41,784 nucleotides of DNA from Candidatus Woesearchaeota archaeon (GCA_013331555.1 DUGB01000134.1:244-42027), one strand, 5' to 3'. Shown: positions 16,578 through 25,042, numbered from the stretch's first letter. Made by a program: numbers and translations. The notes: a model not told the origin generated them from the sequence alone.

Positions 16578-17000
16578 TTGGATCATCTGGCAATTCTGTC
16601 GAAAAAAGGCGATTGGTTAGCAAAAATTCTTTCTGGAGAAAAAACAATCGAATCTCGTTGGTATAAACATAAGAAAGGTCCATATGGAACAATTAAAGCC
16701 GGCGATACTATTTACTTCAAAGAATCAGGAGAACCAGTTACGGCAAAAGCTAGAGTTGAGAAAGCTCTTTTTTTCGCGGATTTGTATCCTGCTACAATAC
16801 AGAAAATTTTAGATGATTATGGCAAACAAATATGCCTCCAAAATTATACTCTTGAGGCGTACAAGAGGACCAATTATGTTACGCTTGTATTTCTAGTAGA
16901 TGTAAAGGCGATAGAGCCTTTTAAAATTAATAAGAAAGGCTATGGGTTGATGGCAGCGTGGATTACCGTTGATTCGATTGATAGGATACGAGTAAATTAA
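16578..17000 (+). CDS. ASCH (PUA-like) domain protein
   Basis: ILSGEKTIESRWYKHK...IKAGDTIYFKESG is an ASCH-like N-terminal pattern. The ORF has only a TTG start at 16578. Confidence 0.5.
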   Translation: MDHLAILSKKGDWLAKILSGEKTIESRWYKHKKGPYGTIKAGDTIYFKESGEPVTAKARVEKALFFADLYPATIQKILDDYGKQICLQNYTLEAYKRTNYVTLVFLVDVKAIEPFKINKKGYGLMAAWITVDSIDRIRVN

Positions 17001-17007
17001 CGATAGC

Positions 17008-17016
17008 TTTTTATAA
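17008..17016 (+). promoter_or_regulatory. TATA box for the tRNA-Met/Ile(CAU) gene
   Basis: TTTTTATAA ends 26 nt upstream of the first tRNA nucleotide (17042). Confidence 0.5.
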
Positions 17017-17041
17017 CGATTATTGTGTTTGAGAGTAAGTC

Positions 17042-17247
17042 GGCAACATAGCTTAACCTGGTTATAGCGCCACGCTCATATACGTTGAGCAATGAGGCTT
17101 TTAGCCAATGACTAACTCTCATGACTGGGTTACGTGGAGGTTTCCGGGTTCAAAAGTCCAAGTACGCTGGGCGAACGTTGTCAAGTGGTGTTTACAACAC
17201 CACGAGCAGCCTCGAAGCGTTTTGGCTTGAAAGTCCCGGTGTTGCCA
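17042..17247 (+). tRNA. tRNA with CAU anticodon (elongator Met or Ile2), apparently with two introns
   Basis: Acceptor GGCAACA/TGTTGCC plus discriminator A. D arm GCTT-AACCTGGTTA-TAGC. Anticodon stem CCACG/CGTGG, loop CT-CAT-A with CAT at 17077..17079. The stem halves are separated by ~51 nt (17081..17131) at canonical position 37/38. T stem CCGGG/CCCGG is separated by ~79 extra nt (about 17155..17233) inside the T loop. A T-run follows. The variable loop would be 6 nt, which is atypical. Confidence 0.6.
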
Positions 17248-17301
17248 CTTTTTATTATTTTCTTTGCCTAAAGGAGAATACTCAGAAACTGTGCCGAAAT
17301 A

Positions 17302-17309
17302 TTTATATA
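17302..17309 (+). promoter_or_regulatory. TATA box for the tRNA-Ser gene
   Basis: TTTATATA ends 26 nt upstream of the tRNA start (17335). Confidence 0.5.
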
Positions 17310-17334
17310 AGCAGTTTTAGGTTTTCCAGCAAAT

Positions 17335-17454
17335 GCCGCGATGGCACAACCCGGTACTGCGCAAGCCTGGAAACTTGCTTTGGGCAGGTCCCGAATGCAA
17401 GTGAGGAGAGCTTGTTCCCGTAAGGGTATCCCAGTTCAAATCTGGGTCGCGGCG
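17335..17454 (+). tRNA. tRNA-Ser(GGA) with canonical 37/38 intron (~36 nt)
   Basis: Acceptor GCCGCGA/TCGCGGC plus discriminator G. 3-bp D stem (class II). Anticodon stem CAAGC/GCTTG, loop CT-GGA-A[intron 17373..17408]A. Long variable arm TTCCCGTAAGGGTAT. T arm CCCAG-TTCAAAT-CTGGG. No encoded CCA; a T-run follows. Confidence 0.8.
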
Positions 17455-17535
17455 TTTTTATTCAAGTATAACGCCAGAAGGCTCACTTCGGGCTACAACC
17501 ATTAAATTTGATATCTTTAAAGGATTTTTAAGAAT

Positions 17536-18243
17536 CTAAATTTTTTTACTATCAAAACTTATTATATCTATTGTATCACTTTGTTTACATTTAAAATTAA
17601 CTGCCTCTTTCTTTGAAGCAAAAATTTTCAAATCATCAGGAATATTATTACTCTGCTTCTTAGTTTTGAAAGCTACTAAAGGGGTATGAACTTCAGACAA
17701 AAAATTGGATAAGAATCTTAAAATGAAATATATTTGTAATTCATATATATCAATATCATATTTTTCTCCAATATCTTTATGTCTTTCAATATCCAAAAAT
17801 AAAACTCTTCTCTTATTAGGAAATTCTATTTGTGTTTTTTTTACCAAATTAAATAAAATCTTAGCAGATTCTTCAAAACTTTCAGGTTCATAAATATTGT
17901 GATAAATGGCAATGGGTTTATCAATTAACATTTCTTTATAGTTTGTATTTTCCTCGAAAATTAGTTCATCAAAGTTTTGATATTTCTTTGTTTCTTCTTT
18001 TGCTTTAGCAACAATTTCCCACCAATAATCTCTCATTTGCCTTATTTTTTTTCTTAATTCTGGATTCCCTCCATAGAGATAGTGGCAATCAGCTGTAAGC
18101 GGAGCTGCATTATCTAACGTGTCAGGTCCATTCTCACTTTCTGGGATTATATGGTGTACTTCAACAAATACTTTATAGCAAATACAACAACGAAAATGTG
18201 ATCTTTTATTAGCCTCAAGTTTTATTCTCTCGGAAAAAGTCAT
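17536..18243 (-). CDS. HNH (His-Me finger) endonuclease domain protein with unknown C-terminal domain
   Basis: RCCICYKVFVEVHHIIPESENGPDTLDNAAPLTADCHYLYGG gives CxxC...HH...N...CH. The remaining ~150 aa have no recognised motif. Extremely AT-rich gene, convergent with tRNA-Ser. Confidence 0.65.
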   Translation of the reverse strand: MTFSERIKLEANKRSHFRCCICYKVFVEVHHIIPESENGPDTLDNAAPLTADCHYLYGGNPELRKKIRQMRDYWWEIVAKAKEETKKYQNFDELIFEENTNYKEMLIDKPIAIYHNIYEPESFEESAKILFNLVKKTQIEFPNKRRVLFLDIERHKDIGEKYDIDIYELQIYFILRFLSNFLSEVHTPLVAFKTKKQSNNIPDDLKIFASKKEAVNFKCKQSDTIDIISFDSKKI

Positions 18244-18443
18244 TAATATTATCAGAATGATTGGTTGTTTATATTTTTTGGTGTTCTTTGGGTTATTCCA
18301 GATATTTTTGTAATGGGTTGAACAGCTACATTCTGCTTACATCATAATTTTGAATTTTAGTGGATATCCTATTAAATCTCTTCTTTAAATCTGATACCGA
18401 AACTAATTTACATTTTTGATAACATCCGTATAGAAGATAAACC

Positions 18444-19430
18444 CTAGTTCTGCAAAATAAACTGCTGAAGTGAAGGAAGATACCAATAAACGTCTCCATC
18501 GGTGAAAGAAACAGTAAATACCTGCATTTCAATAAGTGCAAGAGCGTGAATCTTGACATCACTTTGCAACTCCCGTGATTGTAATTCTTTCATCTGATGA
18601 TCAAAAAGTTCTTTGATCTCCTGCCGTTTTTCTTTATTTTTTTCAATGAGTTCTTCTCCTTTCTTTTTGAGGAGTTTGATTTCATAGTTATATTTGTCGC
18701 GAAGGCTGAATGAAGAGGCGTTCATTGATTTGTCTTGAATTTCTCTGATCTTCGTATTGATCTTTTCTTCCTGCTGTTTCAATTCAGCGTATTGATTTTC
18801 AGCATGACCACGCTGAATTTCAACTAGGTCGTTCATGTCTTGTTCATGTTCTTTTTCAGCAAGAGTAAGATCTTTCTGTAATTCTTTCTGAAGAAATGTA
18901 GTGAACAGAGGAGTAATCTTCTCATCAAAATTAATAGGAGTTTGGCTTTTGAGGAAGGTTGCTTTCATCAAAGATTCAGCAGAGATGACGTTATTGTTAA
19001 GAATTAGCTGCGGTATAACCCAGCGGTATTTATGGTTAGCAGTTGTTATAATCACTTCCGGAAGGACAAAATGTCCTTTTGCTTTGATCTCTTCAATAGT
19101 ATAACGACAGGTTTTATGAAGTTCGGACAGTTTTTCATTGACATCAAGCAGGTCTCTTTTGTTTACGGGAATGCTAAATGAACCGATAGCAGTTATGTCG
19201 GCATACCGTGCGACCATACTGTCAAAAATAAAATTACCGGGCTGAAGATGTTCAATTTTTTCTTTGGCAGCAATAATTGGATCAAAAGTGCAAACTAAAT
19301 TAGAGCGATTATACCATTTCTGGTGGGTTTTGTCAAGTTTGATAGAATATATTTTATTCTTTACTTTGTACTCGAGCTTATGCTCTTCAAAGTATAGTTG
19401 TACATATAATTCGCTACGTTCTGGGTTCAT
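18444..19430 (-). CDS. hypothetical protein with central charged coiled coil, translationally coupled to the SNF2 helicase
   Basis: 328 aa. The start overlaps the SNF2 stop by 17 nt. Central segment LTLAEKEHEQDMNDLVEIQRGHAENQYAELKQQEEKINTKIREIQDK...KKKGEELIEKNKEKRQEIKELFDHQMKELQSRE. No catalytic motif recognised. Confidence 0.45.
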   Translation of the reverse strand: MNPERSELYVQLYFEEHKLEYKVKNKIYSIKLDKTHQKWYNRSNLVCTFDPIIAAKEKIEHLQPGNFIFDSMVARYADITAIGSFSIPVNKRDLLDVNEKLSELHKTCRYTIEEIKAKGHFVLPEVIITTANHKYRWVIPQLILNNNVISAESLMKATFLKSQTPINFDEKITPLFTTFLQKELQKDLTLAEKEHEQDMNDLVEIQRGHAENQYAELKQQEEKINTKIREIQDKSMNASSFSLRDKYNYEIKLLKKKGEELIEKNKEKRQEIKELFDHQMKELQSRELQSDVKIHALALIEMQVFTVSFTDGDVYWYLPSLQQFILQN

Positions 19431-21198
19431 GGATCATTCCACTAAAAATGGTTTCATCAAATTTCTTTATTTCTTCGACTTTTTCTTTTGCTTGAGATAA
19501 ATCTTGGGCAATAATATCATCATTTTTGAGATATGATTCAAAGATTGATTTTTCAATACTGCCTTTCGTGGTAAGTTCGCTGAGAATCATGTCCATCTCT
19601 CCAATAGACACGGTAAACAAATTAATTTTTTCATACAAACGATTAAGGATATAGGCCTCAATAGTGTCTTTGATGGCAATGTTATGAATTTCAACATCCT
19701 GTTTCTGGCCGATACGATGAACACGGCCGATGCGCTGTTCTAGACGCATGGGATTCCAAGGAAGATCAAAGTTGATCAGAATATGGGCAAACTGAAGGTT
19801 TCGACCTTCTGAACCAGCATCGGTGCAGATAAGAACTTGAGCATCACTCTTGAACTGTTGAATGGCTGCTTCTTTTTCTTCCGGGGTCATCACACCGTTG
19901 AAAATGACTGTTTTAAAGCCATTCATTTTTAATTCTAGATCGATTATCTTTTGTGATTGGATGAACGTGGTAAAGATGATGACTTTTTCTTTTTCATTTT
20001 TGAGAAGTTTCGTAAGATAATCTAATTTACGGTCACGAGAAATACGCTGAGCACGCAGGAGGAGGGCTTCCAGAGATGTGACTTTTTTAGGATCATCCAA
20101 TGTTTCCTTGTAGCGTTGCAAGGCATGGATTCCGGCTTGAAGTGAGCTCGTTATCTGACGAGTCAGCATGATCAAAGCGAAAGTAAGAAGTCCTTTTTGA
20201 CGATAGCGAGATGCCATGACGTGAAGTTCTTCTTCACTGAGTGATTCGAGTTCTTCTGTTTCTTCTGTTGAGATATCTTTTTCAATTTTTTTGATTTCCT
20301 CATACTGTTTGCGGACAAAGGCAATGGCTTCAGTGTAGAAATCCATTTCTTCTTTTGAATAATCCAAAAGATGGGTTTTAACGTGACGCTCGGCAAATTT
20401 AATCCCCGTATCACGCCGAAGATTGCGAATCATAATTTTAGAAAGCTTTTCTTGAAGTTCGATAGAATTCTTAACTTTCAAACCGTCTTTATCTTGAACA
20501 TATTGACTGGTGAATTTCGCTTTCGTTTCTAAAAAACCAGGGTGAAGCAAGTCGAGAAGCGCCCAGAGTTCAAAGATGTTATTCTGAAGCGGTGTAGCGG
20601 TAAGCATCAGACAACGTTCTTTTTCAATGTCTTTGACAAGTTTATAATTTAATGTAGTGCTGTTCTTGAGCTTGTGAGCTTCATCAACAACAATTAAATC
20701 CCATTTTATGCTGGTGAGAACTTTTTTGTGACGTTCTGTCTTGGCAGTGTCAATGGATGCAATAATACGATTTGTTTCTTTGTAGGTTGAAGGATCATCA
20801 GCAATGACAAAGTGTTCATTAAATTTTGAGCGTAATTCTTCCTGCCATTGAAATTTTAAAGTGGCTGGCGTGAGAATGAGAATTTTATCCGCTAATTTTC
20901 GGGCAATGTATTCTTTGATGATGATGCCTGCTTCGATTGTTTTTCCCAGTCCGACTTCATCAGCAAGAAGTGCGCGATGGGAAAAATTGTTAAGGACATG
21001 AAGAGCAGTTCTGGTCTGATGCTCCATAATCTCAATTTTATCAGCGTACGTGCTTCTGGCGATAAGCTCATTGACTGTTTCGACAGAGGCAATTTGTTTG
21101 GCTAACACGGCGAGTTTAAAAACGGTCGGTGAAGCATAGTCTTTTTCTTTGAGAGCATGCTCTAGAAAAGGGATTTTTTTGATATTGAGTGAAACCAT
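19414..21198 (-). CDS. compact SNF2/Rad54-family (RapA/HepA-like) ATPase-helicase
   Basis: Motif I LLADEVGLGKT, II VVDEAHKLKN, III LMLTATPLQNN, V CTDAGSEGRNLQ, VI LEQRIGRVHRIGQ. 594 aa with only a short N-terminal extension. Confidence 0.85.
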   Translation of the reverse strand: MVSLNIKKIPFLEHALKEKDYASPTVFKLAVLAKQIASVETVNELIARSTYADKIEIMEHQTRTALHVLNNFSHRALLADEVGLGKTIEAGIIIKEYIARKLADKILILTPATLKFQWQEELRSKFNEHFVIADDPSTYKETNRIIASIDTAKTERHKKVLTSIKWDLIVVDEAHKLKNSTTLNYKLVKDIEKERCLMLTATPLQNNIFELWALLDLLHPGFLETKAKFTSQYVQDKDGLKVKNSIELQEKLSKIMIRNLRRDTGIKFAERHVKTHLLDYSKEEMDFYTEAIAFVRKQYEEIKKIEKDISTEETEELESLSEEELHVMASRYRQKGLLTFALIMLTRQITSSLQAGIHALQRYKETLDDPKKVTSLEALLLRAQRISRDRKLDYLTKLLKNEKEKVIIFTTFIQSQKIIDLELKMNGFKTVIFNGVMTPEEKEAAIQQFKSDAQVLICTDAGSEGRNLQFAHILINFDLPWNPMRLEQRIGRVHRIGQKQDVEIHNIAIKDTIEAYILNRLYEKINLFTVSIGEMDMILSELTTKGSIEKSIFESYLKNDDIIAQDLSQAKEKVEEIKKFDETIFSGMIHEPRT

Positions 21199-21295
21199 GG
21201 AAAACCAACTGAGAAAATGAATATTACTACCTCTCTTTTTCTCTTTATATACCTTTCGGCAAAGCTATAAAAATGATGTTTTCTTTGACATTATT

Positions 21296-21445
21296 ATGGA
21301 TAATTTAGAGGGTTTAGATCCAAAGAAAATAATCAAACCTTGCTGTCAAAGCTATCTCACCACGAAAGGACGCTGTTATGATTGTACAGAGCAGTGGCAG
21401 GATGATGATTCCGATGATAATGACATAGATGGGGAAGAGGAGTGA
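21296..21445 (+). CDS. small Cys-containing protein with acidic tail (49 aa; below the ORF-track cutoff)
   Basis: Hand translation MDNLEGLDPKKIIKPCCQSYLTTKGRCYDCTEQWQDDDSDDNDIDGEEE*. Has CC-x10-CxxC. Lies 39 nt upstream of the PIN-like ORF on the same strand. Coding status is uncertain. Confidence 0.25.
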   Translation: MDNLEGLDPKKIIKPCCQSYLTTKGRCYDCTEQWQDDDSDDNDIDGEEE

Positions 21446-21484
21446 GATTTTTGAATGAGAACATTTTAATATTACCACCAGTAA

Positions 21485-22318
21485 ATGGTACTTATGTCCC
21501 CACAGAAACCAACTTCTGTTCCTTTAGAGGAGCTTGCTAAGAAATCAAAATTAGTCTTCGTAGATAATAATATTTTCTTTCAGGATAGAAATAAAGGGCG
21601 AGAAGGAGTGTATCTTAATTTGGGTGACCAGGTAAAGAAAGCTAAATCTTTTTACGACATCCGTCAGAGTGACATTGACCGCCATCTTGCTCGAATGCTT
21701 CATTTAGTTGATGTTTGTGAGCGCTATTCTCAGATTGTTACGGTTGATGAGATTTTATATGAATATGATGAATCTAGAGACTTTTTAGGACGAACATTTG
21801 ACCGTTTGAAACAAAGGCATCATGATAAACGCTATTATGGGACGGTTCAAGAACTCTTAAAAATATGTGGATTGCATCGAGATTTATATAATTTACTTCA
21901 ATTAAGAACAGCTAACCGACAGAGTGCTGAACCATTAGTGAGAGCTTTGTTACGAACGGATCTACACAAACCAAAAGATGGGCGATTTATGAAAGTTGGT
22001 AATGGTATACCAAAAGATAATGTGACCTACCAGCGCGATATCACACTTGTTGCGAATGCTATCCAAGCAGCAGTAGAGGAAGAAGGTTCTATTGCTATTC
22101 TAAGTGATGATTGTGATATTTTTAATTTGGTGAGGAACATTGGAGAAAAGTACCGAGATAATAGTCCTATAAGTCCAGAATGCAGCACCAAATTAAAAAG
22201 AAGTGTCACTGCTTATAGTACAGATGTTAATCTTTGGCATCCTGGTTTGATGATTGTTCACGTGACAGATACTGAAATGAACATGCGTCTACGATACAGA
22301 AAAAGAGAGAGAAGATAA
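21485..22318 (+). CDS. hypothetical protein, possible PIN-like nuclease fold
   Basis: Acidic residues in PIN-like contexts and order: LVFVDNNIF, TVDEILYE, RDITLVANAIQAA, ILSDDCDIF. The long helical insert between them is atypical. Basic C-terminal tail. Confidence 0.35.
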   Translation: MVLMSPQKPTSVPLEELAKKSKLVFVDNNIFFQDRNKGREGVYLNLGDQVKKAKSFYDIRQSDIDRHLARMLHLVDVCERYSQIVTVDEILYEYDESRDFLGRTFDRLKQRHHDKRYYGTVQELLKICGLHRDLYNLLQLRTANRQSAEPLVRALLRTDLHKPKDGRFMKVGNGIPKDNVTYQRDITLVANAIQAAVEEEGSIAILSDDCDIFNLVRNIGEKYRDNSPISPECSTKLKRSVTAYSTDVNLWHPGLMIVHVTDTEMNMRLRYRKRERR

Positions 22319-22909
22319 GATTTCTTGTGCTTTCTGAGGATCAATTTTCTTGATCGTACTAAAATATTTTTCTCCTAGTTGAATGCTCATTTCACAATCA
22401 GAACGGCAAGGAAAGTGTGATACCAAGCAATAATCATTCTCACGTTGAGAGAGATTAGTGTAGGGATTGGTGGGAACCAATTCTAAATTCGTTTTTCTAC
22501 TTGTAAAATTTTGTACAAAGAATTGAACACAGCAAGCGGGATAGCCTAATAATAATCCTAAGTCTTGATGGTTTTCAATGAGTTCATAGTAGTGGGCAAG
22601 AAGTACTTTCTCTTCATCTTTAGAAATGTAAACAAAAAACATTCCTGAACGAGGATCAGCGACTGAAAGGCGAAGGCCTTTGTTGGTAAACTCTGTTTCA
22701 TCAGCAAGCAGAACTTTAAAACGGGAAACTTCAATGAATAGATTCTGTTGCTGACAGAATTTTTGAATTTTAGGTAGTTCGTGCTCGTAAAATCCCTGCC
22801 TGACAACCATTTTGGCATCATGAAGAAGCAAGAGAATCTCTTGTACTTTCATTGTGGAACCAAAAAGGGGAAGAAGAGACTGAAACATAGGATTGTTGAA
22901 ATAGATCAC
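22289..22909 (-). CDS. hypothetical Cys-rich protein
   Basis: 206-aa ORF with LLLGYPACCVQFF and HFPCRSDCEMS motifs. Its 3' end overlaps the convergent ORF by 30 nt. Forms an apparent operon with 22920..23723. Confidence 0.4.
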   Translation of the reverse strand: MIYFNNPMFQSLLPLFGSTMKVQEILLLLHDAKMVVRQGFYEHELPKIQKFCQQQNLFIEVSRFKVLLADETEFTNKGLRLSVADPRSGMFFVYISKDEEKVLLAHYYELIENHQDLGLLLGYPACCVQFFVQNFTSRKTNLELVPTNPYTNLSQRENDYCLVSHFPCRSDCEMSIQLGEKYFSTIKKIDPQKAQEILSSLSFSVS

Positions 22910-22919
22910 AACTTTATAT

Positions 22920-23723
22920 TTATACTGCTACTGCAAGTGATTCTTCTCTGCTTAAGAGATTACAATAAATTTCCCAGTGTGTTTTGCCTTGCTGCCAAAG
23001 GTGCTGAATAAACGCAAAGGCTTTATCATGAAGGCCATTCGGTGCAGGATTTTCATTAACAATGACATTTTGCAGACCTGCAATGTTGAGTTCTTGAATT
23101 ATTTTCATCCACACGTACGAGAAAGCATACGCTTTCGCTTCTTCATCATGAGGGTTATCTAAAGTTGGCGTAAGAACGTGGCCTAATTCATGTCCAATGG
23201 TTAGTAAGACTCGTCCTAATGATCCGTTCAGAATAAAAATATCGGAGATAAGCCCTTGTGTGGAGCGATTAATAGACAAACCGATTGTTGAGGGATGGGG
23301 AGCAAGAGTGCGGAATTCTTCAGGAGTACATACAGAAAGACGAATGTCATTAGGAAATGATTGGTGAAAAATAGCTTCAAAGGCCTGTTCAACAAACTCT
23401 TTAATTTCTTCGGCTTTGCCAACAAAAGGTGTTTCTCTTCCTGGTTTAAGGAAAAAGTCTGGTTCAAAGTGGTATTCGCGATGGAATGAAGCAGTGTGAT
23501 AGATTTGAGAAGTGGTTGAATAAGGAATCACTCTTTCTACAGGATGATTATATGTAAAAGAAGTTGGAGAAAGACTAAAACAGGAAGAATAGGTATTCAG
23601 AGAACGTGGTGAAAGGATGTGGTATGATGGACTAGAAGGTTCAGCAATAGCAGCATGAGCGATATATTCTAAGCGGGAAGGAGTATACATTCTTGAACTT
23701 GGGGAGTGAGACGAGGAATACAT
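22920..23723 (-). CDS. putative zinc metalloprotease-like protein (HExxH) with Ser/Pro-rich N-terminus
   Basis: LLTIGHELGHVLTP (HExxH) followed by EEAKAYAFSY. The N-terminal ~90 aa are low-complexity S/P/Y-rich. Confidence 0.45.
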   Translation of the reverse strand: MYSSSHSPSSRMYTPSRLEYIAHAAIAEPSSPSYHILSPRSLNTYSSCFSLSPTSFTYNHPVERVIPYSTTSQIYHTASFHREYHFEPDFFLKPGRETPFVGKAEEIKEFVEQAFEAIFHQSFPNDIRLSVCTPEEFRTLAPHPSTIGLSINRSTQGLISDIFILNGSLGRVLLTIGHELGHVLTPTLDNPHDEEAKAYAFSYVWMKIIQELNIAGLQNVIVNENPAPNGLHDKAFAFIQHLWQQGKTHWEIYCNLLSREESLAVAV

Positions 23724-23783
23724 AGTGAAAGGAAGAAGGGAAGACTGAACTTAAAAGTTGTGGTCTAAAGTGGGACAAGAAAG

Positions 23784-24266
23784 TCATGATTCAACAATAA
23801 CTTTCATGGAAACAGTGGTAAAGATGCCGTCAACGATGGTACAAGTCATAGGTTGGGTAAACGTCCATAGGAAAGAGTCTCCAGGTTGAAAGATATGGCT
23901 TTTGACGTTCGCACAGCGCAGGGTTCCAATAATTAATCCTTGTGGATAACGGCTGCCTTGTAAACGTTTGTTTTTCCATTCAACGGCATCGCCAGCTTTA
24001 ATCGTTACTTCTTTTATATCAAAACCGCCGTCAATAAGATTAATGGTATATGTTCTTGTTTTAGGTTCAGAGGGTATGATTTCAACTTCGGGTTCATCCG
24101 CTGGCGGAGAGACAACATCTTCAACAACGGGTGGAACTTGAACTTCTGCTTCAACCGTTGTATTTTCCACGGCAATAGATGGCTGTTCATCGACTGGAGA
24201 GGGGGTACAACCAAGAACCAATACGTTCACAAGAATTATAAACAGGATTTTAGTGATTAGATTCAT
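23784..24266 (-). CDS. secreted lipoprotein with C-terminal beta-sandwich (cupredoxin-like?) domain
   Basis: Signal peptide plus lipobox MNLITKILFIILVNVLVLGC. Pro/Glu/Val-rich linker. C-terminal YTINLIDGGFDIKEVTIKAGDAVEWKNK resembles cupredoxin-like domains. Confidence 0.45.
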   Translation of the reverse strand: MNLITKILFIILVNVLVLGCTPSPVDEQPSIAVENTTVEAEVQVPPVVEDVVSPPADEPEVEIIPSEPKTRTYTINLIDGGFDIKEVTIKAGDAVEWKNKRLQGSRYPQGLIIGTLRCANVKSHIFQPGDSFLWTFTQPMTCTIVDGIFTTVSMKVIVES

Positions 24267-24592
24267 AGAGGGTAGATGAAACGGTTGTTATTAAAAACTT
24301 TTTTGTTTTTAGTAAACGACATATACTCTTTTGGTGTCGTTTACTATATAGTGAGCAACAGTTTATCATTTATTTATGTCGCTCACTATTTTAGAGTATT
24401 ACTACTTTCAAATACTAAAATTGGCGAAAGGTTTATATAGAAGAGGGGTTCCTGTTTATCAAACATCTATCACCTCTTTTTCCCCAAGCAGACCATTTCG
24501 GTGGTCTGCCAGGGGTTTTATATTCATTTTTTCTAAATCAAGAATTATGTCTCTAAAGCTTTATTAAAGCACTCAAAAGACCTTACTTAATT

Positions 24593-25009
24593 ATGTATAG
24601 AAAAAAAGATAATCAAGCTCGGTATGTTCAAACTAGAAAAGATCAAAGTTCTTGCCCTTTTTGTGAGAAAGAATCCGAACTTTTGAAAAGGGAGTTGACT
24701 TATTTTAATATCTGGCTCAATAAGTTTAGTTATGACGTTTGGGACCATTATGAAGTAGACGAGCACCTGATGATTATTCCAAAACGACACTTGAATGATT
24801 TCGCGGAGTTCAGTGAGGAAGAGTCAAGAGAGTATTTTGAGATATTAAAAGAATATAGTAAAAAGGGATATGATAGTTTTACTCGAAATATACACTCAAA
24901 AATTCGCACTAAGAAACATATTCATACACACTTGATTAAAACGAATGATAAACGAATAAAAAAACTAATTTACAGGAGAGAATTGGGATATATTGAAACG
25001 GAATTCTGA
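24593..25009 (+). CDS. HIT-superfamily protein (second HIT paralog in the window)
   Basis: N-terminal CPFCEKE, MIIPKRHLNDF and histidine triad KKHIHTHLIK. Confidence 0.6.
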   Translation: MYRKKDNQARYVQTRKDQSSCPFCEKESELLKRELTYFNIWLNKFSYDVWDHYEVDEHLMIIPKRHLNDFAEFSEEESREYFEILKEYSKKGYDSFTRNIHSKIRTKKHIHTHLIKTNDKRIKKLIYRRELGYIETEF

Positions 25010-25042
25010 TTTGATGATCTTCTGATGTTAATAAAAATATGT

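Noticed and set aside
17121-17423. 100-aa plus-strand ORF
   Set aside because: It spans parts of both tRNA genes and their spacer, so it is explained by the RNA genes.
18326-18562. 78-aa minus-strand ORF between the HNH gene and the 328-aa gene
   Set aside because: It overlaps the 3' end of the 328-aa ORF in another frame, and its Cys/Leu/Phe-rich composition is typical of AT-rich noise.
17425-21480. Direct repeat of the tRNA-Ser 3' end that would delimit an integrated element (att sites) around the HNH/SNF2 islet
   Set aside because: I looked for the GTTCAAATCTGGGTCGCGGC segment or long fragments of it elsewhere in the window and found none. No integrase is present, so the islet boundaries remain undefined.
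24376-24567. 63-aa ORF in the 24.3-24.6 kb intergenic region
   Set aside because: It has a low-complexity, poorly protein-like sequence. It overlaps a TATA box, stem-loops and a T-run, which fit regulatory or ncRNA features better.
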